Source: Eledone cirrhosa (taxonomy: Eukaryota). Taken from it: 64,000 nucleotides of DNA. Shown in pieces: positions 54,286 to 64,000 of this stretch. The stretch lies in contig OZ024742.1 in the NCBI GenBank assembly GCA_964016885.1, forward strand, positions 198,524,001 to 198,588,000, read 5' to 3'. The notes beneath the pieces are model-generated. The model made no database searches. It was given only the letters and a program-made list of their open reading frames with translations, and was not told the DNA's origin. The position numbers and the translations under genes were made by a program. Position 1 is the first letter of the stretch; the number at the start of each line of letters is the position of its first letter.

Positions 54286-54600
54286 ATAAATATATGATAG
54301 GAATTCACTTCGCCAAATTTCATTTCTTTGCCTGCTGTCCAAACGAAACTCTCATGTAAACGTAATGTACAGACTTCATCTCTCTCTCTCTCTCTCCTAG
54401 CGTATTTTCAAAACAATCCACATTTCGTATTTCAAGTCCAAATAGCCATTCTATCGCTAAAACAAACTACATTTTCTGTTTCTATTAAGTGCTAAATACG
54501 TTTAGGTTTTTGGACGTATTTAACTGAACAAATTTTGTATTTTTGTTAATCGCTTGTTAAATGCATAGACCCATCTCAATCATTATCTTCTTGCTAGCTA
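54011..54600. repeat. ~82-bp direct repeat (54011-54092 and 54518-54600) upstream of the intact RTE
   Basis: atttaactgaacaaattttgtattttgttaatcgcttgttaaatgcatagacccatctcaatcatt...gctagcta occurs twice. Confidence 0.8.
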
Positions 54601-54739
54601 CCCAACACCCCTCCCTCCCACCCCCACACACCACCATTGCTATTACGTGGACCAATCATAAAACAGAGCCCCCACGTATCACCAGTATTATTACGCGGAC
54701 CAATCAGAAACCAGAGGCCTATACTATCGCTTGCCTGGT

Positions 54740-58718
<3,979 letters not shown>

Positions 58719-58751
58719 CATATATATACACATATATATATATATATATAC

Positions 58752-58782
<31 letters not shown>

Positions 58783-58783
58783 C

Positions 58784-58836
<53 letters not shown>

Positions 58837-58846
58837 CATATATATG

Positions 58847-58900
<54 letters not shown>

Positions 58901-58981
58901 CATATATATGTATATATACATATATATGTATATATACATATATATGTATATATATATATATACATATATATACATATATAC

Positions 58982-59112
<131 letters not shown>

Positions 59113-59172
59113 TATATATGTATATATATATATACATATATATGTATATATATATATACATATATATGTATA

Positions 59173-59244
<72 letters not shown>

Positions 59245-59301
59245 TATATACATATATATGTATATATATATATATACATATATATGTATATATATATATA
59301 T

Positions 59302-59485
59302 TGGGGTCCCTATCATTCCACTGCAAAGTGGTCGTGGAGGCAAAAAGCACCCAGCACTCACTGTAAATGAGGTTTGTGTTAGGAAGGGCATCCAGCTGTA
59401 GAAATCAAGCCAGAATCAGTTCCCGTCCCACCCTTGCAAGCAGGGAAAAAGCGGACGTAAAATGAAATGAAAATGAATGAATGAA
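59302..59485 (+). mobile_element. 3' fragment of S2 SINE
   Basis: Matches 41010-41250. Confidence 0.8.
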
Positions 59486-59489
59486 TATA

Positions 59490-61350
59490 TATAAGGCTAT
59501 TAGAGACAAAAGACTAGCATGGAAGGCTTGGAAAAAGGGTGGGAGTAGGGAAGAATATACAGCCACTAAGAGAGAAGCTAGACGTCAGGTGTACTTAGCA
59601 CACAGGGAGGCAGAGAGTAGGAGGTTTGCCGATGTTCTGCGACAGGAAGATCAGAGGCGTGCGGTGTTTCACATTGCAAGGCAGTGTGTCAATGCAAATC
59701 AGGGTGTTGTTGGAGATAAATGTGTCCGGGATGATGCCGGCGTACTTAGTGTCACGAATGACCAGAAAAAGGAGGGTTGGAAATGTCATTATGAGAGACT
59801 GATGAATGTGGAGAACGAATGGGAGAGAGAGAAATTACCCTTGGTAGATCCGACAGAGGGACCAGCTATTGAGATTGACGAATATAGGGTCCAAGAGGCG
59901 ATTAGCGAAATGAAAAATGGTAAGGCTGCCGGACCATCGGGAATAGTTGCTGAGATGGGGACGTAGGCACTAAACTGGTTGCATGCATCATCAATCAAGC
60001 TATATATGGTGGTGTCATAACCAAAGACTGGTGCAGCAGTATTCTCATAAATTGCTACAAAGGTAAAGGGGATGCTTTGGAGAGGAGTAATTATAGGGGT
60101 ATAAAACTGATAGATCAGGTTATGAAAGTGGCAGAAAGGATTTTAGCACAACTAATTAGAGAAAGGGTCGAACTAGATGAGATGCAGTTTGGTTTTGTGC
60201 CAACAGATGCCCTCTTCTTGGTGAGACAACTGCAAGAGAGGTTCTTAGAGAAGAATAAGCCACTATACTTAGCCTTTGTTGACCTAGAGAAGGCCTTTGA
60301 TAGGGTACCCCGATCTGTCATCTGGTGGTCCCTAAGGAAGCTAGGTGTTGAGGAATGGCTTGTGAGGACAGTGCAAACTTTGTACAGAGGTACTCTTAGT
60401 AAAGTCAGGGTAGGAATGGAGTTTAGTGAGGAATTCCAGATACAAGTAGGAGTACATCAGGGTTCGGTCCTCAGCCCGCTCTTGTTCATTATAGTCCTCC
60501 AAGCCATAACAGAGGAGTTTAAGACTGGCTGTCCATGGGAACTTCTCTATGCTGACGATCTGGTTCTTATAGCAGAATCAGTAGAGGAGCTAGAGAATAA
60601 ATTCTGGCTATGGAAACAGCAGTTGGAAGCAAGAGGACTGAGAGTGAATCTAGCTAAGACAAAAGTGTTGATGAGTAGAAAAGAGGACAAAACCCTGATT
60701 CCGTCAGGGAAATGGCCATGTTCGATATGCAGAAAAGGAACTGGCATAAATTCTATAAAATGCACACAATGCAGATCCTGGGTACACAAGAGATGTAGCG
60801 GGATAGCAGGCAAACTAACAGGTATGGAGAAATATGTATGCAGTAGATGTACAGGGAAATTAAACAGTAGAAGTCGCATTGATAGACACATTTTTCAAAT
60901 GCAGGAGGGCGCTATAGAAGTGGTGGATAGCTTCCGGTACCTAGGAGATCAGATTAGCATGGGAGGAGGGTGTTCCGAGGCCATAGTATCTAGAATAAGG
61001 ACGGGTTGGAAGAAGTTTAGGGAGCTGCTTCCTCTGTTGACGAAGAAGGGTTTCTCCCTGCGTACGAAAGGCCGGTTGTATGATGCCTGTGTGAGGAGCG
61101 CGATGCTGCATGGTAGTGAGACATGGGCAGCAACTGAAGAGGATATGCGACGGCTGGAGAGAAATGAGGCAAGCATGCTCTGTTGGATGTGCAGTGTAAA
61201 TGTGCGTGAACAACCCAGCATAAATGTGTTGAGAGAGAAACTGTGTCTGAGAGGGATAGAATGTAGTGTACGGGAGAGGAGACTGAAGTGGTATGGACAT
61301 GTGATGCGCATGGAGGATGACCGTTGGGTGAAGAAGTGCCAGGAATTGCT
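59490..61350 (+). mobile_element. RTE LINE subfamily C, 5'-truncated, frameshifted near 59960, interrupted at its 3' end by subfamily A
   Basis: ORFs 59481-59966 and 60077-61381 are homologous to, but clearly diverged from, subfamilies A and B. Confidence 0.9.
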
Positions 61351-64000
61351 AGTGAGGAATGTACATCCCAACATAGCTTAGTTGTCAGTGACCTCACGGT
61401 CAGAACTAGACGAACCCGGAAACAGAGGCCAACCTGGAGAAGAAAGATCTGGAAGCTGAAAGTCCCCTCAACCAGTAACAGATTTAAAGATATTTTACTC
61501 AACGCCTACGACAGTAAAGAAGAACAGATAGAGACATTTAACGTAGAAGAGAACTGGGAGTTCCTAAAAAATAATTTACTAGAGGCGACGGATGAGGTCT
61601 GTGGCTGGAGTAAGACCTCAAGCAGGAGGAGAGCAACTTGGTGGTGGAACAATAAGGTAGATGAAGCAGTTAAGGCCAAGAGACAGGCATGGAAAGAATG
61701 GAAGAACGGGGGGAGCAGGGTACATTACATAGAGACCAAGAGGGAAGCTAGGCGACAAGTATACTTAGCTAGGAGGGAAGCAGAGGATAGAAAATTCAAG
61801 CATGTTTTACAACGTGAGGACCAGAAACAGGAGGTATTCAAGATTGCGAGGCAGTGTGTCAGAGATAGTTGTGATGTCATTGGAGAGAAGTGTATCCGGA
61901 ATGATAAAGGTGAGCTTGCCCTCACAAGTGCTGAGAAGAAAGATGCATGGAAGAGTCATTATGATAGATTACTAAATGAGGAGAATGCATGGGAAGAAGA
62001 GACCCTACCCCAAGTAGACCCTATAGAGGGACCAGCAGTACAAGTCAGCAGCAGCGTAGTAAGTAAGGCAATCAAAGATATGAAGATGGGGAAGGCAACC
62101 GGTCCATCGGGTATAGCTGCCGAGATGCTGAAGGCATCTGGGTCTGTAGGTCACACTATAACCACACGTATCGTTAACCAGGTAATACTAGAAGGGGCCA
62201 TACCAAAAGAGTGGTGCAGTAGCATCATTGTCAACTGCTACAAAGGTAAAGGCGATGCACTAGATAGAGGAAACTATAGAGGTATAAAGTTGATGGACCA
62301 GGTCATGAAAGTAACAGAAAGAGTTATAGCACAGCTGATTAGGGACTGGGTGAATATAGACGAGATGCAATTTGGGTTTGTACCAGGAAGAGGCACCACT
62401 GATGCCCTCTTCCTTGTGAGGCAATTACAGGAAAAGTACCTAGCTAAAAGTAAGCCACTCTACTTGGCATTTGTCGACCTTGAGAAAGCCTTTGACAGAG
62501 TTCCACGTGCTGTAATCTGGTGGGCTCTTAGAAAACTAGGAGTAGATGAATGGCTTGTGAAAGCGGTACAAGCCATGTATAGGGGAGCAGTCAGCAAAGT
62601 TAGGATTAGCAATGAGTATAGTGAGGAATTTAGGGTACAGGTTGGGGTCCACCAGGGCTCTGTTCTTAGCCCTCTCCTGTTCATCATAGTCCTGCAGGCA
62701 ATAACGGAGGAGTTTAAGACCGGATGCCCATGGGAACTCCTGTATGCTGATGACCTCGCACTCATAGCTGAATCTATGGTAGAACTAGAGAATAAATTCC
62801 AAACCTGGAAGCAGGGACTAGAAAGAAAGGGTCTCAAAGTCAACATGACAAAGACTAAGGTCCTTGTAAGTAGACGAGAAAACAGAACCCAGATCCCCTC
62901 AGGGAAATGGCCTTGCTCAGTATGTAGGAAAGGTGTAGGTAGGAACTCCATTCTCTGCCCCAAATGCAAACAATGGGTACACAAGAGATGTAGCGGGATC
63001 TCAGGAAGCTTAATTAAGAATGTAGGATTCACATGCAGCAGCTGTGCTGAAACAGCAAGCAGCAAACAGCCACAGGAAACAAGTACCACCAATCTCTGGG
63101 AGGGCCCTGTAGAAACAGTAGACAGCTTCTGCTATCTAGGTGACCGAATTAGCAACGGAGGTGGGTGTTCAGAAAGTACAATAACTAGGGTAAGAACGGG
63201 ATGGAAGAAGTTTAGGGAACTACTACCACTGCTAGCTGCAAAAGGCTTCTCCCTCAGAATGAAAGGCAGACTGTATGATGCGTGTATCCGAACAGCGATG
63301 TTGCATGGTAGTGAGACCTGGGCGCTGAAGGTGGAAGACTTACATAGATTAGAGAGAAACAAAGCCTGCATGCTCCGATGGATGTGTAACAGTAATATAC
63401 GTGAACGACAAAGCATAAATGAATTGAGAGAGAGACTGAGCATAAGAGGAATCAAATGCTGTGTGCAGGAGAGGCGGTTGCGCTGGTATGGACATGTGAT
63501 GCGTATGAAGGATGACAGCTGCATAAAAAGGTGCAGAGCACTAGAAGTTGATGGAAACCGAGGAGTGGGGAGACCCAAGATGACCTGGGATGAGGTGATA
63601 AAAGCCGACCTTACCCAATTACACCTCTCAAAGACAATGACACACGACCGTGACTTCTGGCGTCACGCAGTAATACAGAGTACCCGACCTCCCATGGGTA
63701 CATGCTGAAGCATATAAACAATATGCCCCCACACCCCCCACCGCAAGGTGGTCGTGGAGGTGCCACGGCAAAAAGAACACCCAGCCCACACTGTAAAGTG
63801 GACGTGTAGGCGCCACGAAAAAGCACCCAGCACTCACTGTAAATGAGGTTGGTGTTAGGAAGGGCATCCAGCTGTAGAAATCAAGCCAGATCAGTTCCTG
63901 TATGAGCAAGGCATGGTCAGCCGACCAGACACTGCACACAACAGGACAACCCGTCTAACCCATGCTAGCGTGGAAGAACGGACGTAAAACGGTGATGATG
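61349..64000 (+). mobile_element. RTE LINE subfamily A, 5'-truncated, RT frame open to 63708
   Basis: Near-identical to the reverse complement of 31157-33820; (GAT)n tail begins at the window end. Confidence 0.95.

Overview
AT-rich, microsatellite-dense animal genomic DNA. The (TA)n/(TACA)n tracts, RTE and CR1 LINEs and tRNA-derived SINEs suggest a coleoid cephalopod such as an octopus (inference). The one host gene I can support is the 3' part of a ClC-2/ClC-1-type chloride channel on the - strand. Seven small phase-compatible GT-AG exons between 37459 and 642 encode the CBS1-CBS2 linker, CBS2 ([32 protein letters not shown]) and the C-terminus; the rest of the gene lies beyond 64000. The introns carry at least three subfamilies of young RTE-clade LINEs inserted in (TA)n tracts (one with an intact ORF), CR1 fragments, a DD37D maT transposon remnant, TTAA-flanked MITEs, SINEs and minisatellites. 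Two signals stand out. (1) Several sequence-unrelated small fold-back elements carry minimal type-I hammerhead ribozyme cores (CUGANGA...GAAA, short and often palindromic stem III), often as divergent pairs, which points to non-autonomous Penelope-like/retrozyme elements. (2) Every RTE ORF carries a C4HC3 PHD-finger-like module inserted inside the reverse-transcriptase domain. Most long ORFs in the track are translation artefacts of TA repeats.
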